From a virus, in IMG/VR virus record IMGVR_UViG_3300009523_000001, positions 32,001 through 96,000 of that record: a stretch of 64,000 nt of DNA. One strand, written 5' to 3'. How positions within the stretch are numbered: the stretch's first letter is position 1; each line of letters opens with the position of its first letter. Position numbers and translations under genes: made by a program. The notes beneath the pieces were generated by a model that saw only the letters and a program-made list of their open reading frames with translations, had not been told where the DNA came from and made no database searches. Positions 30,726 through 41,173 of this stretch are shown in pieces.

Positions 30726-31687
30726 CAGCCTCCGAACACTTCGCGGGCGATCTCGGTTACGGCGAGCTGCACCGCTTCATCGGACGAGCGAGTCACGCGA
30801 AACCCGAGCGCCGCCAACTTGTCCGGCTTCAGGCACGAGTGGGGGACGTCCCCTCGCCACCCTTGCACGTCCGTGCCGAACGCGATGCGCGCGGACGGGT
30901 TCGGCGAGGCCGCAACGCACAGCTCGGCAATCCGCGCCACGCTCGTCGAGTTGGGCGGCGCAATGTTGTAGATTGCCGGCCGTAGCGCTCCACCCTGTGT
31001 GTGATCGAGCACGAAGAGCAAGCCCGCCACGCAGTCGCGGACGTGCAGGTACGGCTTGGACTGGTGGCCGTCGCCGAGCACGTCGAGATGGTCTGGATGA
31101 TCCTTGAGCTTCTTGCAGAAATCGAGAAGGACGCCGTGCGTGCCACGCGAGCCCACGACGTTGCCAAACCGACAGATAACCCCTTCGAGGGCGAAGCACT
31201 CCACGAAGGCGGCGAGCATCGCCTCGCTCGCGAGCTTGCTGGCGCCGTAGAGCGAGATGGGCAGGTGCCCGAGATCCCGTTCTCCGCACGGAACAGAGAC
31301 GTTGCCGTACACGGTTCCGCTCGACGCGAGCACGAATCGCTTCACGCAGCCGAGGCGGGCGGCCTCGAGCGCGTTGTACGTGGCGATCGTCCCCTGTTCG
31401 AGGTCGAGCCGGGTGTTCGTGAGGCCGTGGCGCGCTTCGGGGTTGGCGGCGAGATGGAAGACGACGTCGTGACCCTGCATGGCCACAGCGAGCGCAGGCA
31501 AGTCGAGTGCATCCCCGCACACAAGGGTCGCCCGGCCGGAAGCGATCGGTTCGGCGAGAAACGCCGACTTGCCGACGCTCAGGTTGTCGAACACGGTGAC
31601 GGGACCGCGCTCGACGAGCTGGTCCACCAGGTGGCTTCCGATGAAGCCGGCGCCGCCGATGACGAACGAATGCACTCTTTTACCCAT
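30725..31687 (-). CDS. NAD-dependent nucleotide-sugar epimerase/dehydratase (extended SDR)
   Basis: GGAGFIG, HLAA, SS..VYG, YGASK. Confidence 0.93.
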   Translation of the reverse strand: MGKRVHSFVIGGAGFIGSHLVDQLVERGPVTVFDNLSVGKSAFLAEPIASGRATLVCGDALDLPALAVAMQGHDVVFHLAANPEARHGLTNTRLDLEQGTIATYNALEAARLGCVKRFVLASSGTVYGNVSVPCGERDLGHLPISLYGASKLASEAMLAAFVECFALEGVICRFGNVVGSRGTHGVLLDFCKKLKDHPDHLDVLGDGHQSKPYLHVRDCVAGLLFVLDHTQGGALRPAIYNIAPPNSTSVARIAELCVAASPNPSARIAFGTDVQGWRGDVPHSCLKPDKLAALGFRVTRSSDEAVQLAVTEIAREVFGG

Positions 31688-31790
31688 CGCCGGCCGCGTA
31701 CGGCGGCTGCATGGCCATCCTCTCGAGGTCCGAACGGCGCATTCCGGCTACCGTAAACCGGACTGTCACCCACCGTCAATCGGGAGATAC

Positions 31791-31817
31791 TTAGCTGCGA
31801 CCGACGATGAAACTCAC
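31791..31817 (-). pseudogene. Truncated fibre-gene start
   Basis: GTG AGT TTC ATC GTC GGT CGC AGC TAA = (M)SFIVGRS*, matching the MSFIIGRG tag. Confidence 0.6.
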
Positions 31818-31847
31818 CCGATTCCCCAGAGGTGGATAATCACCCGA

Positions 31848-32255
31848 TCACCAGAGGATGTAGGCTTGCTCGGCGCCGGTTTGGCCCGAGTTGGCGGTGT
31901 ACTTCCACCGCGCCACTTCGCCGCTCGTGGACAAGGAAACGCTGGTGGCGCTGAAGTCGCCCGGAGCAGCCGGGTTCTCGATCGTGATCGGCGGGCTCGG
32001 GGTAACCACGCACGGGTTGTCCAGGCTGCGCACTTTGATGACGACCACGTCGGCCTCTTGGACGCTCGCGGCGGAGGGCAGGTTGACGGCGCTCTCCGAG
32101 GTGAGCAGGATCCATTGATTCCGTGAGCTCGGTGCGTTGTAGATGTTGGCGTTCGGCCTCGTCCACGGGACCGGTCCGGATGAACCGCTTCCACCCGTAG
32201 GCGCGGTCGGGTACGTCTCGCTTGCGCGTCGCCCTCGCCCGATGACGAAGCTCAT
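31848..32255 (-). CDS. Short fibre-family protein (tag plus small beta domain)
   Basis: [19 protein letters not shown]; VNLPSA..VVIK. Confidence 0.75.
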   Translation of the reverse strand: MSFVIGRGRRASETYPTAPTGGSGSSGPVPWTRPNANIYNAPSSRNQWILLTSESAVNLPSAASVQEADVVVIKVRSLDNPCVVTPSPPITIENPAAPGDFSATSVSLSTSGEVARWKYTANSGQTGAEQAYILW

Positions 32256-32259
32256 CGAG

Positions 32260-35200
32260 TTAGCCCACCCACATCAGGACGACGAGACCACTACCCCCAT
32301 TTCCACCCCCGCCACCCTCACCACCCGCCGAGCTGCCCGATCCTCCGCCGCCACCACCGCCGCCACCACTGCCGGAGTTCGCCAGCGCATTGGTTGCATT
32401 GGCACCGTCACCGCCTATGGTGCCTGAGACGGCGTTTCCGTTGCCTCCGGCCGCACCGGGCGACGCGCTGCCGCCGATGAGGTTGCTGCCACCGCCTCCA
32501 CCACCACCGAGACCGCCCATCTGGCCCGTGGAGGTAGCTCCCGCAGCACCTGCGGCTCCTCCTGAGCTACCAACCGCGCTATCGAGTCCTGCACCAAAAG
32601 GCGAACCACTGCCACCCGTGCCTGGACCGCCTTGCCCGAGGGCAACACTGTAAAAAAGGTATTCTACGGTGGCTGCGCCGGAAGTGATGGGGGGTCCACC
32701 GCCAGCCACCCCAGGAGCGGAGGTCGCAACGCTTAGCGGGTTGTTGGTCCCGCCAGAAGCGCCAGGAAATTCGGCGTACGTGGTGGCGTGCGCGACAGAA
32801 AAAACGGTTGACACATTGCCACGGCCTCCGTTGGCATTGGAAGCGGCGCCGGCGCCAGCGCCGCCCGCACCGATGCTGACGGTGAGCACGTCCCCAGGAA
32901 CGGTCGAAATCATGGGTTCATACTGCGGAGTGGCGGTTCCACCACCGCCACCCCCGTACGACTGGCTGGTCCCCACTTGACCCGTCGCACCGCAGGCCCC
33001 TCCGCCGCCACCGCCGTAGCCCCACGCCTGCATCGTCGTAACGCCGGCCGGGACGGCGAAGGTCCCTCCCGCGGTGAATATCTGCGACTTGAGTGTCGCC
33101 GTCGAGGCTCCCGCTCCGGTCGGACCCGTGGTTCCTTTGGTGCCCGTCGATCCGGTCGGTCCAGTGACCGTGGATGCCGCACCGGTCGGGCCGGTGACCG
33201 ACAGACCGGTCGTCCCCGTCGGTCCGGTCACAGTCGAAGCGGCACCCGTCGGACCTGAAGGGCCCGTCGGTCCGGTGACGGTCGATGCGGCTCCCGTCGG
33301 CCCTGTCGATCCTTTGCCCCCTGTCGGGCCTGTGACGAACGATGCAGCCCCCGTCGGCCCGGTTCCAAGCGCTCCCGTTGGACCGGTGACGGTCGACGCC
33401 GCTCCCGTGGGTCCGGTCGAAGTCGCGCCGGTGGCGCCTGTCGGTCCGGTCGCTCCCGTGGCGGACGCCGCGCCCGCCGGTCCCGTGGATCCGGTCGATC
33501 CCGATGCCCCCGTTGGACCGGTGATTGTTGACGCCGCTCCTGTCGGACCCGTGACGGTGGACGCACCCCCTGTTGGCCCCGTGACGATGGACGCTGCTCC
33601 GGTGGGGCCGGTGCTTCCGGTCGATGCAGCCCCCGTCGCGCCGGTCGGGCCGGTGACGGTTGATGCGGCTCCAGCGGCTCCCGTCGGTCCCGTGGCGATG
33701 GCGCCGGTGGCGCCCGCCGGTCCGGTCGCACCCGTGGACGATGCACTGCCTGCAGGTCCGGTCGACCCCGACGCACCTGTCGGTCCCGTGACTGTGGATG
33801 CAGCACCCGTCGGTCCTGACGTTCCCGTCGGGCCGGTTCCAAGCGGTCCTGTTGCACCCGTTGGGCCGGTGACGGTGGATGTGGCTCCCGTCGGGCCTGT
33901 GGACGCGTGGCCGGTGGCGCCCGTCGGTCCGGTGACGGTGGATGCGGCACCGGTCGGACCCGTGATCGATGCTCCGGTCGGTCCCGTGACGGTCGACGTT
34001 GCACCGGTCGGCCCGATCGGGCCACCGGACGGTCCGGTGGGGCCGGTCATTCCTTGAATGCCGGCACCCCACTCGAGGATGATCTCCGCGCTGCCGCCGT
34101 TGCCGCCCGTGCCGCCCACGCCGCCCGTGGAACCGTTGCCGCCCGCGCCAGCGCCTCCTCCTCCTGCGCCGCTGTTGGCGGGCGCGTTGGATCCTGCTGA
34201 CCCAGCGACACCGGTTCCGGCCGCACCGTTGCCGCCAGCGCCTCCGGCGCCGCCGATCCCCAGCGGACCGCCGCCGCCGCCGCCGCCGCCGAACCCGCCC
34301 GCCTGACCCGAGATGATCGACCCGTTCGCGCCGCCCGCACCCCCGATGTATCCCGCCGGGTTGTCGTTGCCGAACGAGGCTGTCGCTGTGTTCGTGAATG
34401 CGGCCGACCCGCCGTACCCGCCCTGCGCGGGCGCGAGCTGCGCGAGTGGACCGATGTTTACGACCGTGAGCCCGTCGGCTGTGACGGGAGGACCGCCACC
34501 AGGGCCGGTGCCACTGACGAGATCTTGGGCAGCCGACCCGCCGGAGGCCCCGGCCGCCTGCGCGTAGACCGTGAGGTGTGCGATCGAGGCGACGCTCGAG
34601 AGGCCGCCCGGCGATCCGTTCGATCCGGGCAATAGGGCCGCACCACCCACCCCGCCTGCGCCGCCGAGTCCGACGGTGAGCTGGAGTGTGTCGCCGGGGA
34701 TGACCGCGATCATCACCTGCGTGGATTCGAGCGCTCCGCCGCCGCCTCCCCCTCCGTTCGATCCGTCCGCACTGGCGTTGCCGCCGTTGCCGCCCGCGCC
34801 TCCACCTCCGGCGGGGACGATCGTCGCGCGCATGGTCGTGATGCCCGGCGGCACGACGAACGGTTGCGAAGAAGTGGCGACGAAACTCGCTCCCGGGAAG
34901 ATCGGTCCGGTGGATCCCGTCGGCCCGGTCGATCCCATCGCTCCCGTCGGGCCGGTGGCCCCCGTGGCGCCTGTATTCGACGCAGTGCCCGCCGGACCGG
35001 TGGATCCCGTCGGCCCGCTCGGGCCGGTCGCTCCCGTGTTGGTCGCTGCACCGGACGCTCCGGTTGGACCCGTACTTCCGGTCGGGCCCGAAGTTCCCGT
35101 CGCACCTGTGTTGGTCGCGCTGCCCGCAGGCCCCGTCGATCCCGTCGATCCCGTTGGACCGGTCGTCCCGGTGGCGCCGGTGTTCGATGCGGTGCCTGCC

Positions 35201-36234
35201 GGACCCACTGAACCCGTTGGGCCGGTCGATCCCGTCGCGCCGGTGTTGGTCGCTGCGCCGGACGCTCCCGTCGGTCCCGTGCTTCCGGTCGGACCTTTGG
35301 TTCCCGTCGCGCCGGTGTTGGACGCGGTGCCTGCCGGTCCCGTTGCTCCCGCTCCCGTCGGTCCGGTGGCGCCGGTGGCGCCGGTGTTGGACGCGGTGCC
35401 TGCCGGACCCGTGGATCCCGTCGTGCCGGTCGGTCCCGTCGCACCGGTATTGGTTGCGCTACCTGCTGGGCCGGTCGCGCCCGATGCGCCCGTGGGTCCC
35501 GTGACTGTGGATGCGGCGCCCGTGGTTCCTGTCGGTCCGGTTCCGAGCGGTCCCGTCACCCCGGTCGCGCCGGTGACGGTGGATGCGGCTCCGGTTGGGC
35601 CCGTGCTTCCGGTCGGACCTTTGGTTCCTGTCGCGCCTGTGTTGGTTGCACTGCCTGCGGGCCCGGTCGATCCCGTCGATCCCGTGGGCCCCGTGACGGT
35701 GGATGCGGCTCCCGTCGGCCCAGACGCTCCCGTCGGACCGGTCCCGAGCGCTCCTGTGGCTCCCGTCGGACCGGTGATGATCGATGCTGCTCCGGTCGGT
35801 CCCGTGTTCCCGGTGGCTCCGGTGGATGCCGCCCCTGTCGGGCCTGTCACTGTCGATGCGGCACCCGTCGCCCCCGTGCTTCCGGTCGGGCCCGTGGTTC
35901 CCGTTGCGCCGGTGTTGGTGGCGCTACCCGCCGGTCCCGTGGCGCCCGACGCGCCGGTCGGTCCCGTGACGGTCGATGCGGCGCCTGTCGCTCCGGTCGG
36001 GCCGGTGGTGGACGGACCGGTCGATCCCGTCGGTCCTGTTACGGTGGATGCAGCCCCTGTTGCACCGGTCGGGCCTGTGGTGGACGGACCGGTTGCACCC
36101 GTCGAACCAGTCGCCCCGGTCATTCCGGTCGGCCCTTGGCTCGGTCCGGTCGGCCCCGTGCCACCGCCGCCCGATCCCGGTGCGGTCGGGTACGTCTCGC
36201 GTGCGGTCCGTCCGCGGCCGATGATGAAACTCAT
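32260..36234 (-). CDS. Long collagen-like fibre with two glycine-rich domains
   Basis: True start ATG 36234 (RBS GAGGGAG; [16 protein letters not shown]); two GPT tracts, each followed by a FxVPx[11 protein letters not shown] domain. Confidence 0.9.
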   Translation of the reverse strand: MSFIIGRGRTARETYPTAPGSGGGGTGPTGPSQGPTGMTGATGSTGATGPSTTGPTGATGAASTVTGPTGSTGPSTTGPTGATGAASTVTGPTGASGATGPAGSATNTGATGTTGPTGSTGATGAASTVTGPTGAASTGATGNTGPTGAASIITGPTGATGALGTGPTGASGPTGAASTVTGPTGSTGSTGPAGSATNTGATGTKGPTGSTGPTGAASTVTGATGVTGPLGTGPTGTTGAASTVTGPTGASGATGPAGSATNTGATGPTGTTGSTGPAGTASNTGATGATGPTGAGATGPAGTASNTGATGTKGPTGSTGPTGASGAATNTGATGSTGPTGSVGPAGTASNTGATGTTGPTGSTGSTGPAGSATNTGATGTSGPTGSTGPTGASGAATNTGATGPSGPTGSTGPAGTASNTGATGATGPTGAMGSTGPTGSTGPIFPGASFVATSSQPFVVPPGITTMRATIVPAGGGGAGGNGGNASADGSNGGGGGGGALESTQVMIAVIPGDTLQLTVGLGGAGGVGGAALLPGSNGSPGGLSSVASIAHLTVYAQAAGASGGSAAQDLVSGTGPGGGPPVTADGLTVVNIGPLAQLAPAQGGYGGSAAFTNTATASFGNDNPAGYIGGAGGANGSIISGQAGGFGGGGGGGGPLGIGGAGGAGGNGAAGTGVAGSAGSNAPANSGAGGGGAGAGGNGSTGGVGGTGGNGGSAEIILEWGAGIQGMTGPTGPSGGPIGPTGATSTVTGPTGASITGPTGAASTVTGPTGATGHASTGPTGATSTVTGPTGATGPLGTGPTGTSGPTGAASTVTGPTGASGSTGPAGSASSTGATGPAGATGAIATGPTGAAGAASTVTGPTGATGAASTGSTGPTGAASIVTGPTGGASTVTGPTGAASTITGPTGASGSTGSTGPAGAASATGATGPTGATGATSTGPTGAASTVTGPTGALGTGPTGAASFVTGPTGGKGSTGPTGAASTVTGPTGPSGPTGAASTVTGPTGTTGLSVTGPTGAASTVTGPTGSTGTKGTTGPTGAGASTATLKSQIFTAGGTFAVPAGVTTMQAWGYGGGGGGACGATGQVGTSQSYGGGGGGTATPQYEPMISTVPGDVLTVSIGAGGAGAGAASNANGGRGNVSTVFSVAHATTYAEFPGASGGTNNPLSVATSAPGVAGGGPPITSGAATVEYLFYSVALGQGGPGTGGSGSPFGAGLDSAVGSSGGAAGAAGATSTGQMGGLGGGGGGGSNLIGGSASPGAAGGNGNAVSGTIGGDGANATNALANSGSGGGGGGGGGSGSSAGGEGGGGGNGGSGLVVLMWVG

Positions 36235-36247
36235 TCGGATCTCCCTC

Positions 36248-37429
36248 TCACGCGAGCCACGCGATGCGCACTCCTCCCGAGCCTCCGTTGCCGCCCGCCC
36301 CTCCGGTGCCTGGAGTAACCGTTCCGTTGCCTCCGGCTCCGCCACCCCCGCCACCCGATCCGCTGTTGGCGACGGCGCTGTTGCCTGGGCTGCCGTTGAC
36401 CCCCGTGGTCGATCCTCCGTTACCCCCCGCCCCGCCGGTGGCCCCGTCGCCCGCACCGCCGAAGATGTTGGGTCCGCACCCACCTCCGCCGCCGCCGAAG
36501 CCGGGGGATCCGGGGGATGCAGTGCCGGTCGCGCCCCCGAGGCCGCCATGCTGCCCGGTGCTGTCGGGATTGTCGTTGCCGTCGAGGGCGGCGGTATTGC
36601 CCACGAGCAGCAGGCCCGACCCTCCTCCCGATCCACCCTGAGCGGGTGAAGTGCTCATGGGCAGGAAGTTCGTGACGGTGGTGGCGCGGGAGGTCACCGG
36701 AGGCCCTCCGCCGGGCGCTGCGGATGCGTCGCCCGATCCGATGGCGGTTCCGCCGGACGCGCCCGCTGCGACGACTAACGTGAGGGCGTGAGCCAGCGAA
36801 ACGATGGATGACTCTCCGCCGGGCGACCCGTTGGTGTTGGCCGCACCCCCCGCACCCCCCGCACCCACGGCGATCGTGAGCGAATCGGCGGGAGTCAACC
36901 CCGTCATCACCCCGGTGGCGAGCAGCGATCCGCCGCCTCCCCCTCCCCCATTGGATCCGGTTCCGCTCGTGGCTCCAGCCTGAGCTCCGGCGCCGCCTCC
37001 TCCGCCGCCGTAGATTTCGTAGCTGGCCCCCGTCACTCCTGCGGGCACCACCCACGCTCCGGTGGCTCCCGTAAAATTCAGCACGTGCAACGTGAGACCA
37101 CCAGCGCCGGTTGGTCCCGTCGATCCGGCACCGGTGGCACCCGTCGCTCCCGTAGCGCCCGTGGACGCGGCTCCCGTCGGACCGGTGGCACCCGTGCCCG
37201 ATGCGGTTCCTGCGGGACCCGTCGCGCCGGTCGGCCCCGTGACGGTGGACGCGGGGCCCGTCGCGCCGGTGGGCCCGGATCCTGTCGCTCCCGTAGCTCC
37301 AGTCGTTCCTGTTGCCCCCGACGGCCCCTGGCTCGGTCCGGTCGGGCCCGTGCCGCCTCCGCCGCCCGATCCCAGTGCGGTCGGGTACGTCTCGCGTGCG
37401 GTCCGTCCGCGGCCGATGACGAAGCTCAT
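36248..37429 (-). CDS. Short collagen-like fibre with glycine-rich domain
   Basis: [16 protein letters not shown]; [27 protein letters not shown]. Confidence 0.88.
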   Translation of the reverse strand: MSFVIGRGRTARETYPTALGSGGGGGTGPTGPSQGPSGATGTTGATGATGSGPTGATGPASTVTGPTGATGPAGTASGTGATGPTGAASTGATGATGATGAGSTGPTGAGGLTLHVLNFTGATGAWVVPAGVTGASYEIYGGGGGGAGAQAGATSGTGSNGGGGGGGSLLATGVMTGLTPADSLTIAVGAGGAGGAANTNGSPGGESSIVSLAHALTLVVAAGASGGTAIGSGDASAAPGGGPPVTSRATTVTNFLPMSTSPAQGGSGGGSGLLLVGNTAALDGNDNPDSTGQHGGLGGATGTASPGSPGFGGGGGGCGPNIFGGAGDGATGGAGGNGGSTTGVNGSPGNSAVANSGSGGGGGGAGGNGTVTPGTGGAGGNGGSGGVRIAWLA

Positions 37430-37492
37430 GGTGATGGATTGCCTTGATGACGGTGACTGAGGGGGTAAAAAAAGGACGCGTAAAGGTAAGAC

Positions 37493-37723
37493 CTATCCCG
37501 GAGGAGACTCGTGTTGGTTGGGGGATCGCAGACTGATGGCCTGATCACGAGGACGCGAAGCCCAGCTCCAGCCGGAGTACTCCGAGTCGTAGACCTTCTG
37601 TCCGATCAGGCCCGAGATGTGCGCGAGATGTTCGCGGTACACCGCCTCGTCGAGGAGCTGGCGGGGTGCGCCGTTCTGGGTAGCACCCGACTTGTTTTTC
37701 AGGTTTTTCAATTTTCGGCGCAT
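37493..37723 (-). CDS. Small paralogue 3 (QNG..YREH..SGW..RPRD family)
   Basis: RBS AAGGAG; motif shared with the two neighbours. Confidence 0.8.
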   Translation of the reverse strand: MRRKLKNLKNKSGATQNGAPRQLLDEAVYREHLAHISGLIGQKVYDSEYSGWSWASRPRDQAISLRSPNQHESPPG

Positions 37724-37742
37724 CGGTTCTCCTTTTTTCGTC

Positions 37743-37964
37743 TCATGACAGCGGCCGTACGTGCCGCAACGTGATGGCGAAATCGCGCGGGCGGGACGCG
37801 TTGCTCCAGCCGCTGAACTGCGCCGGCCAGTGGGTGTCGACGGCGACAAAGTTGCGGTGCTCGCGGTACGTTGACTCGTCGATGAGCGACCGAGGATGAC
37901 CGGCGCCGTTGCTGTTCTGCACACCACCGGATTTGCACTTCAAGGTCGTCATTTTTCTACGCAT
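37743..37964 (-). CDS. Small paralogue 2
   Basis: RBS AGGAG; MRRKMTTLK..YREH..SGWSNASRPRDFAITLR. Confidence 0.8.
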   Translation of the reverse strand: MRRKMTTLKCKSGGVQNSNGAGHPRSLIDESTYREHRNFVAVDTHWPAQFSGWSNASRPRDFAITLRHVRPLS

Positions 37965-38497
37965 GGGACTTCTCCTAATTTTGCCGATTCTCGATCTTCG
38001 ACGACCTTGTTCATGCTGGCCCGCACGGCCGCCGCCTCCTCGGCCGTGAGCTGCAGGGCCATGTGCACCCAGTGCGCTCCGGCCGGGGTCTGGGGGTTGG
38101 CGAGTCGGATGGCCGGGTCCGGCCACAGGCAGCCGCGGCCGCGAACGGCACCCTTCTGGACGGCTTCGTCGGTTTGCGCTTGGTACCGACGGAGCGCGTC
38201 GATCGGGACCCTCTTTGCGAGCTCCGTCCATTCCGTCATCGGGTCGGCGGGAAGCGCATGGGCAACGGCCACCGAGGGACCCATGCTCCCGATGTTCTTG
38301 ATGTTTCGTAAGCTGATGGCGAAATCACGCGGCCGCCTGGCGTTGGTCCAGCCGCTGTACGCTGGATCCCAAGGTGCCGCGAAACTATCCTGAACGGCCC
38401 GGTGTTCCCGGTACACCGCCAGGTCAATGAGGGCCCTTGGAGCGCCGTTCTGCGAATGCCCCTGCTTCGCGCGGAGGGTGGTGAGCCGTCGCCTCAT
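37949..38497 (-). CDS. Paralogue 1 with C-terminal extension
   Basis: ATGA-coupled; MRRRLTTLR..YREH..SGWTNARRPRDFAISLR. Confidence 0.8.
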   Translation of the reverse strand: MRRRLTTLRAKQGHSQNGAPRALIDLAVYREHRAVQDSFAAPWDPAYSGWTNARRPRDFAISLRNIKNIGSMGPSVAVAHALPADPMTEWTELAKRVPIDALRRYQAQTDEAVQKGAVRGRGCLWPDPAIRLANPQTPAGAHWVHMALQLTAEEAAAVRASMNKVVEDRESAKLGEVPCVEK

Positions 38498-38796
38498 GGG
38501 ACTTTCTCCTCGTCCGGATCGCCGAGCAGCTTCAAGAGCACGGCGTCCGTACCTATCGACAAAACACTGGTCGCCGCCCCCACCAGGACGGCGTCGACGA
38601 TGCGGCCGACCAAGACGGCATCCACGCCGTGGCCGTGGTCCACCGATGCGATTCCGCTCGCGCCCGCCGCGAGACCGATCCACATCCCCATGCACTGGCT
38701 GCACCGGAAAAGCGCGGGCCACACCCGCTGCAACGGCCGGAAGATCGTGCCGCGCACGAGAATGAGGGTCAGGCCGACGAGCGCGACGAAGATCAT
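38494..38796 (-). CDS. DUF1360-like membrane protein
   Basis: Hydrophobic segments with LFRCSQCMGMW. Confidence 0.65.
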   Translation of the reverse strand: MIFVALVGLTLILVRGTIFRPLQRVWPALFRCSQCMGMWIGLAAGASGIASVDHGHGVDAVLVGRIVDAVLVGAATSVLSIGTDAVLLKLLGDPDEEKVP

Positions 38797-38984
38797 CGCC
38801 GCTGCGTCGTCAGGAGGCGGACGAGTCGCTCGGCGGCTTCGGGTCGGAGCTTGATCGTGCCGACCGAACCGGCCTCAGTGTCGGCATCTATCAGCTCGAC
38901 GGAGCCGTCGTCGAAGAGCTTCACGGTCGGGCATCGGGCATACCCACAACAAAGTTCTTCTTCGTGAATCTTATTCGATTCCAT
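38793..38984 (-). CDS. Small hypothetical protein (LCC..CP motif)
   Basis: RBS GGAGG before ATG 38984; ATGA coupling. Confidence 0.65.
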   Translation of the reverse strand: MESNKIHEEELCCGYARCPTVKLFDDGSVELIDADTEAGSVGTIKLRPEAAERLVRLLTTQRR

Positions 38985-39066
38985 GATACAGACCTCCAGC
39001 ATTGAAATAGCCCCGCGCCGTGCAACCGGCCGGGGCCTGGCTCGACCTCACGGAAGGAGGCGAACG

Positions 39067-39756
39067 ATGGGAACGTACCACGCTTGTCTCGAATGCAACG
39101 CGTCGCTGGCTGGGAAACGGGCAGGAACCAGAAGCCCGAGACAGTTCTGCGACAAGAGTTGCGCGCAGAGTTACCGAAACAGACTTCGGGCTACGCGCAC
39201 CGCAACTCCACCACCATCGGTTGCCGGTGCTCGATGGATCGCACTGACGAAGAGCATGTTCGCTTTGGTCGACGAAGCCGATTTTGCCGACGTGTCTCGG
39301 TGGAACTGGTGCGCCATTCGTTCGCGCAGCAAAGCGGGCGGTCTTTACTCCTGGTACGCCATCCGCGGTAGAGCACCAAGTGACGCAGGCGGAAAGAAGG
39401 CTCCCGTTTCCTTGCACCGATACCTTCTCGGCGAACCACCCGAAGAGGTAGACCACTGCAACCGAGACGGTCTGGACAACCGCAGAGAGAACCTTCGTAA
39501 GGCGACCACTCAGCAGAACATGATGAACTCGCCGAGTCGTAGAGGTTCGTCGAAGTTCAAGGGTGTGTCGTGGTGGGTTCGAGATCGAAACTGGCGCGCA
39601 TCGATCCGATCCGACTACAAAACGATCCACCTCGGACGATTCACCACCGAAGAGGACGCCGCGCTGGCGTACGACGAGGCCGCGCGCCGACTGCACGGCG
39701 AGTTCGCCCGCGTCAACTTCCCTCGTGACGGTGAACGGTCCGCTCTGCATGACTGA
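39067..39756 (+). CDS. HNH-AP2 homing-type endonuclease with N-terminal Zn finger
   Basis: CLEC..FCDKSC; VDHCNRDGLDNRRENLR; FKGVSW..HLGRF..AALAYDEAA..HGEFA; RBS AAGGAGG. Confidence 0.93.
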   Translation: MGTYHACLECNASLAGKRAGTRSPRQFCDKSCAQSYRNRLRATRTATPPPSVAGARWIALTKSMFALVDEADFADVSRWNWCAIRSRSKAGGLYSWYAIRGRAPSDAGGKKAPVSLHRYLLGEPPEEVDHCNRDGLDNRRENLRKATTQQNMMNSPSRRGSSKFKGVSWWVRDRNWRASIRSDYKTIHLGRFTTEEDAALAYDEAARRLHGEFARVNFPRDGERSALHD

Positions 39757-39810
39757 TCTTCTTGTCCGTGTCTACGGTACCACGCGGCTCAACCGCGCTA
39801 CAATCACCGA

Positions 39811-39850
39811 ACTAGGGAATACTCAGGACATACTTGGGTATGTCCGTTGA
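39811..39850. repeat. Dispersed ~40-bp palindromic site, copy 2
   Basis: actagggaatac-tcag-GACATAC-ttgg-GTATGTC. Confidence 0.85.
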
Positions 39851-39882
39851 CGATTCGCTGAGTCCCGCGCTACCGTGACGGA

Positions 39883-40296
39883 ATGCTCGCAACCGCCCTG
39901 GAGTTCGCCCCCGGAACGACCCCCGACTGCAAGCGCCTCGTGACGCGACTCTTCCAAGAGCCCGGCGCGGTGCTCGGCGCGTACCGCGCGGCGCGTCAGC
40001 AGTTTCGAACCGGTGACATCGTCCTCGAGACCGCGGAGTACGATCCGTCCGGGTTCAAGGCGATGCCGCGCGCACGCTACGTCGACACCAAACGGAGCGA
40101 TCCCAACGGCGCCAAAATTATCAACGCCCTCACGATCGCGCACCAGTCAGCCCACAAGGTCGCGAGCCTGCCGTGGGAGGCGGACGCCTTCTGGCTCGTG
40201 ATCAACCTGCGCGACGACATGCCGGTGATGATCGCCCTCTTCGCGGCTCCGTACGCGACCGGTCGCGACGCGCGCGAGCCGATGATCCTGAGCTAA
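39883..40296 (+). CDS. Hypothetical protein
   Basis: Promoter TTGACG-18-TACCGT six nt before the ATG. Confidence 0.7.
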   Translation: MLATALEFAPGTTPDCKRLVTRLFQEPGAVLGAYRAARQQFRTGDIVLETAEYDPSGFKAMPRARYVDTKRSDPNGAKIINALTIAHQSAHKVASLPWEADAFWLVINLRDDMPVMIALFAAPYATGRDAREPMILS

Positions 40297-40348
40297 ACCT
40301 CACCGGTCTCGACTTGACCTAGACCTCAAACGCGACTACATTTGCGGC

Positions 40349-40696
40349 ATGCAGTTGACCATCGAGTTCGACCGTGAGGGAGGTCGGTACGTCGCTGACG
40401 TGCGGGAATTGCCCGGTTGCCATGCCTATGGCCACACACGGGCCGAGGCGGACGCACGTGTGCGCGTGTTGGCGCTGCGCATTCTTGCCGATGATGTAGA
40501 GCGAGGGGCGCTGCGAACGGAGGACATCGAAGAACTGTTCTTCGGTACAGCCAGTCTCCCCGGTCGAAGACCTCGCCTCTTCGAGGCGGCGAACGTACCC
40601 AATGCCAAGACGATCGCGGCGATGCGCGAGCCGCGTCGAGGGCCGCGTTTCGCCAGCATCGAGGAGCTTCTGGCGGATCTGCATGCGGAAGATTGA
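40349..40696 (+). CDS. Chimeric antitoxin: HicB-like N-terminus and DinJ/RelB-like C-terminus
   Basis: YVADVRELPGCHAYGHTRAEA; VPNAKTIAAMRE..FASIEELLADL; promoter TTGACC-17-TACATT. Confidence 0.75.
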   Translation: MQLTIEFDREGGRYVADVRELPGCHAYGHTRAEADARVRVLALRILADDVERGALRTEDIEELFFGTASLPGRRPRLFEAANVPNAKTIAAMREPRRGPRFASIEELLADLHAED

Positions 40697-40967
40697 GCGA
40701 ACCACCGCGTTCAAGCGTGACTTCAAGCGAGAGATGCGGGGACAGCATGGGCCAACTCTCGATCAGCGACTCGCAGCGATCTTGGTCCCATTGTCGAACG
40801 ACGCGCTGTTGCCTGAGTCCTGCAGAGACCACGCGCTGAGTGGCGAGTGGTCCGGTCACCGTGAATGTCACGTGCGGCCAGACCTGCTGCTCGTCTACGA
40901 CAAGCCAGACAAGAACACGCTGCTACTCGAACGCCTTGGGTCGCACGCGGAACTGTTCGGCAAATGA
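40683..40967 (+). CDS. yafQ: YafQ-family mRNA interferase toxin
   Basis: FKRDFKR..DHALSGEW..RECHVRPDLLLVY..RLGSHAELF. Confidence 0.93.
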   Translation: MRKIERTTAFKRDFKREMRGQHGPTLDQRLAAILVPLSNDALLPESCRDHALSGEWSGHRECHVRPDLLLVYDKPDKNTLLLERLGSHAELFGK

Positions 40968-41164
40968 AGACGGTTCCTCGGACAATGGCGCTGCGCGAGG
41001 TGAAGACTCGTCTCAGCGAGGCGGTCGACTCTTCACAAGGCAGTTACGTGCTGGTGACCAGGCACGGGCGACCTGTCGCGGTCCTTGTTGGCGTCGAGGG
41101 GATTGACCTGACCGAGGTGGCTACGCTCGGTGCCACGCTGGCTTCTCTCTACCCCGTCAAGTAA
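40964..41164 (+). CDS. Phd/YefM-family antitoxin domain
   Basis: EVKTRLSE..VLVTRHGRPVAVLV. Confidence 0.85.
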   Translation: MKTVPRTMALREVKTRLSEAVDSSQGSYVLVTRHGRPVAVLVGVEGIDLTEVATLGATLASLYPVK

Positions 41165-41173
41165 AACAAGGGA

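Noticed and set aside
31782-31794. gggagatacttag as a fourth copy of the 40-bp site
   Set aside because: Only a partial match with no GTATGTC arm; could be chance.
36235-36636. N-terminal extension of the 1458-aa ORF
   Set aside because: Overlaps the 36248-37429 gene out of frame; RBS and shared tag place the start at 36234.
32260-37429. Diversity-generating retroelement acting on fibre tips
   Set aside because: No reverse transcriptase and no adenine-specific TR/VR pair seen.
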